Of a DNA stretch of 64,000 nt, positions 48,448-57,249 are shown piece after piece. The notes under the pieces were generated by a model that worked only from the letters and a program-made list of their open reading frames with translations, searched no databases and had not been told where the DNA came from. Position 1 is the first letter of the stretch. Every line of letters starts with the position of its first letter. The DNA lies in assembly GCA_963775875.1 (NCBI GenBank), contig CAVZKP010000031.1, forward strand, positions 29,720 to 93,719, given 5' to 3'. The translations under genes were made by a program, and so were the position numbers. This DNA comes from an uncultured Alphaproteobacteria bacterium. GTDB lineage: Bacteria; Pseudomonadota; Alphaproteobacteria; ATCC43930; CGMCC-115725.

Positions 48448-49632
48448 CTATTGCGCTGCGGCGGCCATCTGGGTCCCGCGGAACGCCGGCATGACCTCCT
48501 TGGCGAAGCGGTCGAGATCTTCGAGCTGGACCTCGAGCGGGGTGCCGAGCGGCGTCGCGCAAATCACCCGGTCGACGCCGGGATAGCGCTTCTCGACCGC
48601 CTTCAGCTGCTCGATGATGTCCTCGGGCGTGCCGGTCAGGAAGCCGCCGGCCTTTACCGCATCCTCGATGCCCGGCAGCTTGACGGTGGCGGCGCGCCTG
48701 GGGTCGCGCATCGCCGCGATCTGCTCGTCGGAGAGCGCGCGAACCAGGCGCAGTTCGCCGAACATCTTCATGTTCTCTTCGTAGTGTTTCGCCGCCTCGC
48801 GCATGCCCTCCTCGCGGTTCTTGGCGATGTGGAACTGAAAGCCGAGCGCCAGCTTCTCGCCCAGTTCGAGCTTGACGCCGCGCCGGGCATAGGCGGCCTG
48901 GAACCCGAGCATGTGCCGCTCGACCGCGCCGCCCTCGGCGGAGCCGCCGCCGATCACGCCGCTAATGCCGTGCTTGGCCATGAAATCGAATGCCCGCTCC
49001 GAGCCGCTCTGGATCGGCTGCCAGCATTCGACCGGCAGATGTTCGGGCGCCGGCACCAGGGTGATCTGCTTCAACGTATAGCCGCGATAGGGCACCTCCG
49101 GCGGGATCGTGTAGTACTTGCCCTGGTGCGAGAACGGCTTGCCCTCGAACGCCTTGAACAGGATGTCGACGCCCTCTTCGAAGATCTCGCGGTTGGCGTC
49201 CTGGTCGAGCAGCGGCGAGCCGAAGGTCTCGACCTCGCGGGTGTGATAGCCGCGCGCCACGCCAAAGATCACCCGCCCGCCGCTCAAGACGTCGGCCATC
49301 GCGTAATCTTCCGCCAGCCGCAGCGGATGCCACATCGGCACGACGTTGAAGCCGCAGCCGATCTTGAGGTTCTTGGTGACGTTGACGAGGTGCATCGCCA
49401 TCATCAACAGGTTCGGGATCAATTCCGTGCCCTCGGGCTGGAAATGATGCTCGGCCATCCAAAAGGTGTTGTAGCCGCGCTCGTCCATGCATTTGGCGTA
49501 GGCCACCGCCTTGTGCAGCGCCTGGGCCAGTTCCTCCTTCGGGTAGCAGCGCTCGTTGATCGGCGTGCCGCTGTAGCCGAGGTTCTTCATGTCGGCGGTG
49601 CCGTAGTAGGAGCTGTCGAATTTCGTGATCAT
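48448..49632 (-). CDS. LLM-class flavin-dependent oxidoreductase
   Basis: GYNTFWMAEHHFQPEGTELIPNLLMMAMHLVNVTKNLKIGCGFNVVPMWHPLRLAEDYAMADVLSGGRVIFGVARG. 394 aa and intact. Confidence 0.85.
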   Translation of the reverse strand: MITKFDSSYYGTADMKNLGYSGTPINERCYPKEELAQALHKAVAYAKCMDERGYNTFWMAEHHFQPEGTELIPNLLMMAMHLVNVTKNLKIGCGFNVVPMWHPLRLAEDYAMADVLSGGRVIFGVARGYHTREVETFGSPLLDQDANREIFEEGVDILFKAFEGKPFSHQGKYYTIPPEVPYRGYTLKQITLVPAPEHLPVECWQPIQSGSERAFDFMAKHGISGVIGGGSAEGGAVERHMLGFQAAYARRGVKLELGEKLALGFQFHIAKNREEGMREAAKHYEENMKMFGELRLVRALSDEQIAAMRDPRRAATVKLPGIEDAVKAGGFLTGTPEDIIEQLKAVEKRYPGVDRVICATPLGTPLEVQLEDLDRFAKEVMPAFRGTQMAAAAQ

Positions 49633-49701
49633 TTCGTCCTCGCGGTTTGTTTTACACGAGCGGGCCGCGGCGTCGCGTCAACCCGCATCCAAATCGTCTT
49701 G

Positions 49702-49778
49702 GCCGGGCTTGTCCCGGCTATCCACGCCTTCCGGCATTTGCCAAACCAAAGACGTGGATGCGCGGATCAACTCCGCGC
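49702..49778. repeat. REP-like intergenic element with three hairpins
   Basis: The hairpins are gccggg-cttgt-cccggc (49702-49718), ccacg...cgtgg (49722-49757) and gcgcgga-tcaac-tccgcgc (49760-49778). This is the GGCCGGGCTTGTCCCGGC...AAGACGTGGATG unit familiar as a dispersed repeat in Bradyrhizobiaceae-type genomes. Confidence 0.6.
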
Positions 49779-49824
49779 AAGCCGAGTTCCAATGCCTCTG
49801 CACGGAGAAGCCACATGCGATGGC

Positions 49825-50919
49825 TCACTCGGCTGCCAACGCGGCGTTTTCCGCCTGCCAGGTCTTCAGCACCGGCAGCACTTCCGCGGCGAATAATTTC
49901 AGCCCGCGCTCGGCGATCTCATAGGGCACGCCGCCAAAGCGGAACGCCGCGTTGAGCTCGAACTCGCCGATCACCGCGCGCCGCGCTTCGAGTTCGCGCA
50001 GGATGCGCTCGGGCGTGCCCCAGATCGCCGCCTGCATGAACCCGGCGACGGCGCCTTCGAGCCCGCCCTGGCGCGCGATCGCCGCCTTCTGCGCATAGGC
50101 GTCATAGCCCTTGACCGTGGCGAAATGGTCGCCGAGGAATTCGTAGTGGTGAAAGTTGCTCTCGACGAACTTGCCCATGTATTGCCGCGCATGCTCCTCG
50201 GCTTCCGCCGGGTCCGGCCCGCAAACGCAGAAATCGGTGATCATCAGGGCCGGCGCCTTACGCCCGTGGAATTTCTCGAACAGCTGGCGATTGCGCTCGA
50301 TCGCCGGCAGCCGCATATGCCAGGGCCGGTCGGAAAACATCACCATATGCGCGCCGAGCCGGGCCGCCGCCTCGACCGAATCCTCGCTCGAGGCCACGGC
50401 ATAGATGCGGCCGGCGAAATCGTATTTCGGCCGCGGCCGCAATTCGATCCGCGGCTGCCGGTAATGCTTGCCATTGCCCTCGATAAAGCCGGTGCGCAAC
50501 GCCTCGACGATCATCGGCGCCGCTTCGTCAAAGCGCTCGCGGGATTCGTCCATGGTGCCGCGAAACGCCGCGAACTCGCGCCGCGCCAGGCCGCGTCCCA
50601 ACCCCAGCCGCAGCCGCCCCTGGCACAGCAGATCCAGCACCGCCGCCTGCTCGGCCACCCGCAGCGGGTCGTGCCACGGCACGATCACCGCCGCGGTGCC
50701 GAGGCCGACCCCCGGACAAAGCGCCGCCAGATAAGTCATCAGCTGCAGATTGTCGGGGCAGAACGAGTAGTCGAAGAAATGATGCTCGGCCGACCACAGC
50801 ACGTCGAAGCCGGATTGGGCGGCCAGCCGCGCCAAGCGGATTTCCTCGTCCCAAACCCGATCGTCGCCGATGTCCTGCCAGCCATAGCTGGCGAACACCA
50901 TCATCATGCCGACATCCAT
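49825..50919 (-). CDS. LLM-class flavin-dependent oxidoreductase
   Basis: GFDVLWSAEHHFFDYSFCPDNLQLMTYLAALCPGVGLGTAAVIVPWHDPLRVAEQAAVLDLLCQGRLRLGLGRG. 364 aa and intact. Confidence 0.85.
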   Translation of the reverse strand: MDVGMMMVFASYGWQDIGDDRVWDEEIRLARLAAQSGFDVLWSAEHHFFDYSFCPDNLQLMTYLAALCPGVGLGTAAVIVPWHDPLRVAEQAAVLDLLCQGRLRLGLGRGLARREFAAFRGTMDESRERFDEAAPMIVEALRTGFIEGNGKHYRQPRIELRPRPKYDFAGRIYAVASSEDSVEAAARLGAHMVMFSDRPWHMRLPAIERNRQLFEKFHGRKAPALMITDFCVCGPDPAEAEEHARQYMGKFVESNFHHYEFLGDHFATVKGYDAYAQKAAIARQGGLEGAVAGFMQAAIWGTPERILRELEARRAVIGEFELNAAFRFGGVPYEIAERGLKLFAAEVLPVLKTWQAENAALAAE

Positions 50920-50963
50920 GGCGTTCCTCCGGTTTCGGGTGAGCGGGAGCTTAGCACAGCGCG

Positions 50964-51980
50964 TCAGGCCGGTTGACCGGGCGCGGCGGCCTTCATCGCG
51001 CCATGCAGTTCGGCCAGAATCTCGAACGATCGCTTGCGTTTGGCGTGGTCGAAGATGTTCGCCGTCACCATCAGCTCGTCGGCGCCGGTGCGGCGGATGA
51101 AATCCTCGATCCCGCGCCGCACCGTGTCCGGGCCGCCGACCACGGCGCAGGAGAGCCCGTCATCGAGGATCGCGCGGGCGTAGGGATCGAGCCGCGCCTC
51201 GAAATCCTCGACCGGCGCCGGCAGCCGGCCGCGCCGCCCGGTGCGGTTGTTCAGCATCGACTGCTGCAATGACGAGAACAGGAACCGCGCCTCCGCATCC
51301 GACGCCGCGGCGACGACGGTGAGCCCGAGCATGATGTTGGGCGCGGCCAGCTGCGGCGACGGGCGGAACCGCTCGCGGTAGATCGCCATCGCCGGCATCA
51401 TCATCGCCGGCGCGAAATGCGAGGCAAAGGCGAATGGCAGCCCCAGATAGGCCGCGACCTGCGCGCCATAGAGGCTGGACCCCAGGATCCAGATCGGCAC
51501 CTGCAGCCCGGCGCCGGGAACCGCCTGCACCGCCTGGTCCGGTTCGGCCGGTTGGAAGTAGCCGATCAGCTCGACGACATCCTGGGGAAACTCGTCGACG
51601 CCGCCCTGCAGGTGTCGGCGCACGGCGCGGGCGGTGATCTGATCCGACCCGGGCGCCCGGCCGAGGCCCAGCTCGACCCGCCCCGGATGCAGCGCGGCGA
51701 GGGTGCCGAACTGCTCGGCGATCAACAGCGGCGCGTGGTTCGGCAGCATGATGCCGCCGGCGCCGATCCGGATCGTGCTGGTGCCGGCCGCGACATGGGC
51801 CAGCGCCACCGCGGTGGCGGCGCTGGCGATGCCGGGCAGATTGTGGTGCTCGGCCATCCAGAAGCGCCGGTAGCCGAGCGCCTCGACATGCCGCGCCAGG
51901 TCGAGCGAATTGCGCAGCGACTGACCGGCATCGCCGCCTTCGGCGATCGGCGAGAGATCGAGAATGGAGAGCGGAACCAT
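50964..51980 (-). CDS. LLM-class flavin-dependent oxidoreductase (YhbW/MsnO8-like group)
   Basis: [13 protein letters not shown]......[88 protein letters not shown]. 338 aa; ATG 51978-51980. The upstream part of the 606-aa ORF is spurious. Confidence 0.85.
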   Translation of the reverse strand: MVPLSILDLSPIAEGGDAGQSLRNSLDLARHVEALGYRRFWMAEHHNLPGIASAATAVALAHVAAGTSTIRIGAGGIMLPNHAPLLIAEQFGTLAALHPGRVELGLGRAPGSDQITARAVRRHLQGGVDEFPQDVVELIGYFQPAEPDQAVQAVPGAGLQVPIWILGSSLYGAQVAAYLGLPFAFASHFAPAMMMPAMAIYRERFRPSPQLAAPNIMLGLTVVAAASDAEARFLFSSLQQSMLNNRTGRRGRLPAPVEDFEARLDPYARAILDDGLSCAVVGGPDTVRRGIEDFIRRTGADELMVTANIFDHAKRKRSFEILAELHGAMKAAAPGQPA

Positions 51981-52175
51981 CGGATCATCATCGCACCGCC
52001 GGCCGCCAACGCAAAGCCGTTCGCCCGCCCCTCGCTCCGCCCCCGCGCTCGCGCCGCCCGCTGCCCCACCGCCGCAGGCCCCCGCCCGAAACGGCGAAGG
52101 CATTTGACCGGCTTTGCCGCCCCGCGGTAAATATCCCGCCGGCGGACGGCAGCAAATCACGCGGAGATGGCTTGA

Positions 52176-52961
52176 ATGCGGGAGTTTTTCAGGAGCCTCG
52201 CCATCCAGCGCCGTGTTCTCGGCGCCCTGATCATGCGCGAAACCTACACCCGGTTTGGCCGCGAGAACCTCGGCTTTGCCTGGATGTATGGGGAGTTCCT
52301 GATTTTCGCGATGCCGGTCATCGTGATGTGGCGGGTTGTCCGCGGCCATACCGAACATGGCTTGCTGGTGGTGCCGTTTGTGTGGAGCGGCTATCTGCCG
52401 ATATTGCTGTTCCGCCACATCGGCGGCCGGATGCTGTATGCGGTAAGGGGCAACATTGCGCTGTTTTATCACCGCAACGTCACCCCGTTCGACGCGGTAA
52501 TCTCCCGCATGGCGGTCGAAATCTTTGGCAATTGGGGCGCTGCGGTATTTTCGTTTTTCTTTCTTTACGCGATTGGCGCGATGGATTGGCCGCGCAATAT
52601 GCCATTGCTTTTTCTTGGCTATTTCTACATGACTTGGTGGTGCGTCGCGGTAGGCCTGATCCTCGCCGCATTCAGCGAACGCAGCGTGATGTTCGAAAAG
52701 GTCTGGCTGCCGGCATCGTATATGTACCTGCCGGTTTCGGGCTTTTTTTATCTGGCCGCTTGGCTGCCGCCATGGGTGCGGCATATTTTGCTGACGGTGA
52801 TGCCGGCGCTGCCGTGTTACGAGATGATCCGCGGCGGGATCTTCGGCCCGGTCATCCGCGTCTATTACGACATCCCCTAGCTCAGCTTCATCCTTGCCGC
52901 GATCACGCTGTTCGGTTTGCTGGGTCTGCGCGACGTGCGGCGCTATATCGTTAACGAGTGA
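52176..52961 (+). pseudogene. kpsM: capsule/polysaccharide-export ABC-2 permease (KpsM-type) with an in-frame TAG
   Basis: [31 protein letters not shown]... shows six-TM ABC-2 topology. The ORF stops at TAG 52878-52880 after ...VYYDIP. The same frame continues [26 protein letters not shown] (to 52961), which is the expected last TM helix. No kpsT-type ATPase gene lies adjacent. Confidence 0.75.
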
Positions 52962-53018
52962 GGGGACCGCCCGCGGCGACGCGGTCGTTTGGTGACCTTG
53001 CCGCGACGATCATCGACA

Positions 53019-54138
53019 TCAGTTTCCGCCCCCGGCTGCGTGCGGGCTAGCTGCAAGCGACCTACTGTCCGCTATGGGCCCTTCCGCCTTCAGTCGCTCA
53101 TATAATCTAAGATCTTCATATGACATAGCATGAAGCTGATGCAATATTCTTCTGGAGAGAGTTTCCATCGTAACATATTTACGAGACACGTTTTCACGCG
53201 CTTGCTCCCAGTCATGTTCTCGAAAAAGGTCTTCCAATGCGGTGATATCATACACCTCAATTCCCAGTTTCCATAAATTATCATATGCGGTGTCTGCATC
53301 CGCAGCACCAAGACAACCACACATGGGGTTTTTTGAAAGATAGCCAGCTAAGTATACCGAGTATCACGGAATCATCGAGCTCGACGCCTACCTCATGATC
53401 AACTTCAAATCCCATCGCACGGCGCATGTCCGAGATACCATGAGGAGGGGTTGCGTCGCCGACGAAGGTCGCAACACGCGTAAGCACATAATTCAGATAG
53501 GACACCATCAACGAAACCGGCTCACGCACGATCGTATAGATTCGGTCTTGGGCTCTCATCAGTCTGAACGTGACCACATGCTGTACCTGGAGGTGGTATT
53601 CGACAAAGATATAGCTGGCCGATGAGAATAGTTGACACGCACTTCGATGAAAATATTGAGGCCAATCCGGTATATCACTGATAGGTCCGAGGGGCGACCT
53701 AAGGACAACGAACCGCGGATCCTGCGCCGCCCTTGTGATAACCGAGTTGCCGCCGGTCTTGGGAATATGGATAAACAGATCCCGCTGAAAGTGAGGAAAC
53801 TCGTCTGGAACAAGCACGCCGAAATTCTCTCGGAACTCTTCCGACAATGTGAAGGCACGCAACTCGGTCTCGAGCCCGCGAAACGGGCGCTGCGCAACCG
53901 TTACGCTTTCAGGGTTGCGTTTAAGAAAGCTACGGTAGAAATAACCCACATTTCGGATATCCTCGCGCTCTGCAAAGCGGCTACACAAACGTCTAATCCC
54001 GTCGTCATAACTGCCGGCCTCACGCATTTCCTCTAGGAATGTACGAATAGACAAGTGTTCGCGTAGTGGGTTCACGTAGTTGTTCCCAATATCAATCGGT
54101 AGATGCGACGTTTGATTGCTTTTTAACGTTAGCATCAT
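53019..54138 (-). pseudogene. sulfotransferase (Sulfotransfer_2-like), one frameshift as assembled
   Basis: FIHIPKTGGNSV is the 5'-PSB PAPS loop. IYTIVREPVSLMVSYLNY is the 3'-PB R-x-P-x-x-x-x-x-S motif. The N-terminal ~100 aa has a DUF4214-like stretch. ORF 53281..54138 joins ORF 53019..53324 (…KKP + MCGCLGAADADTAYDNLWKLGIEVYDI…) across the G4T6 tract at 53325-53334. Confidence 0.75.
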
Positions 54139-55421
54139 GGCGATATCGGCAGCTTTGCGGTTGGTGGACGTTTTCCTTCAACATCTCTGGAGATCTGACC
54201 AGACACGCGCAGGTACCAGTCGCTTGGCAAATGGCATCCGTCGGCGTCGAGCGGCACGGTTTTTGGTTCACGCGGCATCTCCCGCGCGGTGGCGAGCTTG
54301 AAGAGCGCAGTGCCTTCGTCGACCTCATCGAACATCGCGGCGTAGAGCATGGTGGCGCCCAGCTGACGGTCACGGGCGGCCTGCGTCCAGAGGAACCGGC
54401 CGCAATCGCGGGGAATCTGGTTATACCGCATGTTTGTGTTGCCTTGGTTCGCGAAGGCATTGTGCCAGGAGAAGCCCGGAAAGATAACAGGCATATATTC
54501 GAGCCCCAGCCGATGGGCCTTAGCAATATCCGGAGCGAGCCGTTCTTTGACAAACTGGTCAAAGCTTTTCGCGTCATGGTAGCGCCCGACGGTCCATGGG
54601 CTGAGTATGTCGAATGAAGCATAGGCTTTGGCCCAGGCCGGATCACGCTTGGAATCGTGATCGAGCGTTCGCCAACCCGTTGCCGTCGACGCGATCAGCG
54701 TGACACCACCGAACGGCTTGCTCGCGTCGCGCAAACGCGCCACGAGATCGAGTGTTTCGCTAGCCGTTCCCGGTCAACTCGCGCTCCCAATCGCCGCGAT
54801 CGCCAGCACCGGCCGGCCCTTGTGGTGTTGATAGCTCGGATGGCGTGTGACCCCCTGTGCGAGCAATCTCTTCCAATCGTCGACCAGCACATCCGCCCAT
54901 CGGACCGGATCGGCGCCGGCGATGTCATACATTACATAGATGCCCCGACCCGTCGCGTCGGCGGCAGCTAGAGCATTGTTCAGGACGCGATCCCAAACAG
55001 CGCGTCCTCCCACGGGGTGTATCGGATCGAAACCAACGACGAAGCGCTGCAGTGCGGCCACGTCGATATCGTATTGCTGCATCCACTGGAACTGACGCAG
55101 CACGGTCTTCGGATTCTGATCGGAAAACAGATAGACCGGGCCATTGGCCGAGGTGAGCTCGGTCGGGCAGCGCTCGTCGGGCTGAAGCTCCGAGGTATCC
55201 GGCATCAGCTCAACGCGAAAATGCGCGGCGTCCGGCTTGTTGCCGGCAAACCAATGGACCCAGCCCCCGCCCGGGCGGCCGTCTCCCGGGCACATGAACC
55301 AGCCCTGAAAACCTACCACCAATTGATTATTGAGAGTGTCGTGAGGTGCCGCGGACGCGGATGCTCCCGAAATGAACAATAAAAAGCCAACGGCTGACCA
55401 CAATCCCATGACGCGCATCAC
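54135..55421 (-). pseudogene. secreted glycoside-hydrolase-like protein (GH99/WbsX-like fold, tentative) with an in-frame TGA
   Basis: The signal peptide is MMRVMGLWSAVGFLLFISGASASA. VVGFQGWFMCPGDG...WVHWF, ...MYDIAGAD... and ...AAMFDEVDEGTALFK are reminiscent of the NEW-EGT motif of GH99/WbsX proteins. ORFs 54774..55421 and 54135..54743 are in the same frame, separated only by TGA 54774-54776 (…AIGSAS*PGTASETLDLVARL…). The stop overlaps the sulfotransferase start (ATGA). Confidence 0.65.
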
Positions 55422-55627
55422 TGTGCCTCGGCTAATAGGCGGCGGTATTGTTGCCAGGACCCTATCAGGTACATTTCGGCGCGGGCCGTACCGTCTTATG
55501 GTCCGTAACGCACGTCGAGGTCAAGACGAGCGCGAGACGTGATGCGGACCCGGATTTGAGACCGGCGGCGCAGTTGGAACGCGAGCCATCGCGTCATTTT
55601 AGAAGGAGGGATGATGAGAACACTAGG

Positions 55628-57199
55628 TCACTCGCTCTTAAATATCACGGCTTGACCGGTGGGCAGCACAAGTGGGTGTGCGCCAGTCTCACGAAAATAT
55701 TCGTCCACTGCAGCGCGCGCCCCCGGACAGCTCGGGAAGCCGTAATCGTCAAACACCATAAATCCACCAGGAGTAAGGCGCGGGAATATAAAGCAACAGC
55801 AATCCAACACTGACTGATAGATATCGACATCTATATGAGCTAGAGAAATTTGCGACAATTCGAAATCGTTGAAAGTATCTGGTATAAAGCCTTGGTGATA
55901 TGAAACGACCTCTTCATGGCCTACTACGGCTCTAACTTCTTCTAATGAAGTGTCGCCAAAATCACCACAATGGTGCATATCTTTAGTCGGATCCGTGTCA
56001 GGCATTCCGGTAAATGTATCGAAAAGGTGGAGTCGATGCCTCAGGCCAGAAGGCGTGCGAGCGATAATTTCCGCTAACATCGCCGCAGTCCCACCTTTAT
56101 ATACCCCACACTCCCAAAAGTCTCCTTTAAGACCGAGAGCCTGCCGTGCAAGTGAGTAAAGTATATAGCATCGATCAGCAGACACCAGTGTGTTGGACGC
56201 AGCACGGCGATGGAACGCAGAAAATTCTCCAAATCCAATCCATGGACTAAATAGGGGCTGGTAAAAATCCTTGTCAGGAATCCCTTGCTCATTCACCTCA
56301 GATCTCAGGAGGTCGACCTCCCGATGCTGCGAACTGTCGGTGACCATGCGCGTACGATCGGTATCAATGTATTTGTGATAAAACCGTGAGAAGTTTGCAG
56401 AAAACTCGGGGCACGTGACGCAGGCACGGAGCAGCGAGGCGGGATCGGCACCCTCTCGCAATCGAGTTGAGTGAGCTCTTAACCCCTTTTCTTCGGGATC
56501 ACGAAGCAAAAGGACACGATACATAGCCGTGACGATGCTTTCGGCATCAATCGTGACTGATCGAAAATTCTGCTCCTCGCTTTTTGATCCAAGCAAACCC
56601 CAATCCGGCTTCTGTATTTTCTGGATCACAAGCTCGATCTGGTAGCAGCCCGCGGCATGCTCGTCGGGTCCGCGCGAGTATCTGTAGTTTTGATCGTTGT
56701 CCCGCAAAAGACGGATTCTGTAGCTATTCGGCTCCAGAGATTCCTCGAATTCGCGCAGCAATGACGCTGGTGTATAGAACCGCTTGTGGTCGGAATTCCA
56801 AATAGAAGGAAGGTAGAACTTCTTTTCGTAAAGAAATTGATGGGGAACGACACACACGATGAAGCCCCCGGGCTTCAACGTGCGGTACCAATCGCGAATG
56901 GTAGCCTTATAATCGGGTGCATGCTCAAGCATATGGCTCGAATAGACCGTATCCACGCTGCCGTCAGCAAATGGCAGGGTGACCCCATCGTAGCCGGGGT
57001 AATCAACATCAACCCCAATTGCGTGGGGTAAAATCGGAACCGGATTCTCGTATTGGCCTCGGAATCCGACATCAATGATGACATCGCCCGCCATGTACTT
57101 GTGAAAAAATTCCCCCAGAAGATTCTCCCGGAATGTGGAGGCTGCTTCTCCCTGAACGGGCCAATCTTCGGGGACCCAATGATTTCCCAACTGGATCAT
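55628..57199 (-). CDS. fused double methyltransferase: class I SAM-MTase + DUF4214 linker + TylF/MycF-type O-methyltransferase
   Basis: The N-domain carries IIDVGFRG..., LPFADGSVDTVYSSHMLEH and LKPGGFIVCVVP. The middle carries IVTAMYRVLLLRDPEEKGLRAHSTRLREGADPASLLRACVTCPEFSANF (DUF4214). The C-domain carries GDFWECGVYKGGTAAMLA, LHLFDTFTGMP, AHIDVDIYQS and GGFMVFDDYG (TylF family). ATG 57197-57199 follows GGTGAGG. 523 aa and intact. Confidence 0.8.
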   Translation of the reverse strand: MIQLGNHWVPEDWPVQGEAASTFRENLLGEFFHKYMAGDVIIDVGFRGQYENPVPILPHAIGVDVDYPGYDGVTLPFADGSVDTVYSSHMLEHAPDYKATIRDWYRTLKPGGFIVCVVPHQFLYEKKFYLPSIWNSDHKRFYTPASLLREFEESLEPNSYRIRLLRDNDQNYRYSRGPDEHAAGCYQIELVIQKIQKPDWGLLGSKSEEQNFRSVTIDAESIVTAMYRVLLLRDPEEKGLRAHSTRLREGADPASLLRACVTCPEFSANFSRFYHKYIDTDRTRMVTDSSQHREVDLLRSEVNEQGIPDKDFYQPLFSPWIGFGEFSAFHRRAASNTLVSADRCYILYSLARQALGLKGDFWECGVYKGGTAAMLAEIIARTPSGLRHRLHLFDTFTGMPDTDPTKDMHHCGDFGDTSLEEVRAVVGHEEVVSYHQGFIPDTFNDFELSQISLAHIDVDIYQSVLDCCCFIFPRLTPGGFMVFDDYGFPSCPGARAAVDEYFRETGAHPLVLPTGQAVIFKSE

Positions 57200-57249
57200 C
57201 GAACGTACCTCACCATAAGAGCACTGCTTCGCGATTAACAGTGTTTTGA

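Noticed and set aside
51981-52784. N-terminal 268 aa of the 606-aa ORF 50964-52784 (-)
   Set aside because: The LLM domain starts at [12 protein letters not shown] (51980). The upstream part is low-complexity and antisense to the well-supported kpsM gene.
52962-53018. Possible kpsT remnant immediately after kpsM
   Set aside because: The only frame ([30 protein letters not shown]) has no Walker A or other ABC ATPase features. The segment is too short to call.
55611-55655. 14-codon mini-ORF (MMRTLGHSLLNITA) with a strong AAGGAGGG SD on the plus strand
   Set aside because: It overlaps the 3' end of the methyltransferase gene in antisense and has no supporting context. A chance SD-ATG in AT-richer DNA is likely. 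It is only worth revisiting if RNA-seq or Ribo-seq shows a plus-strand signal.
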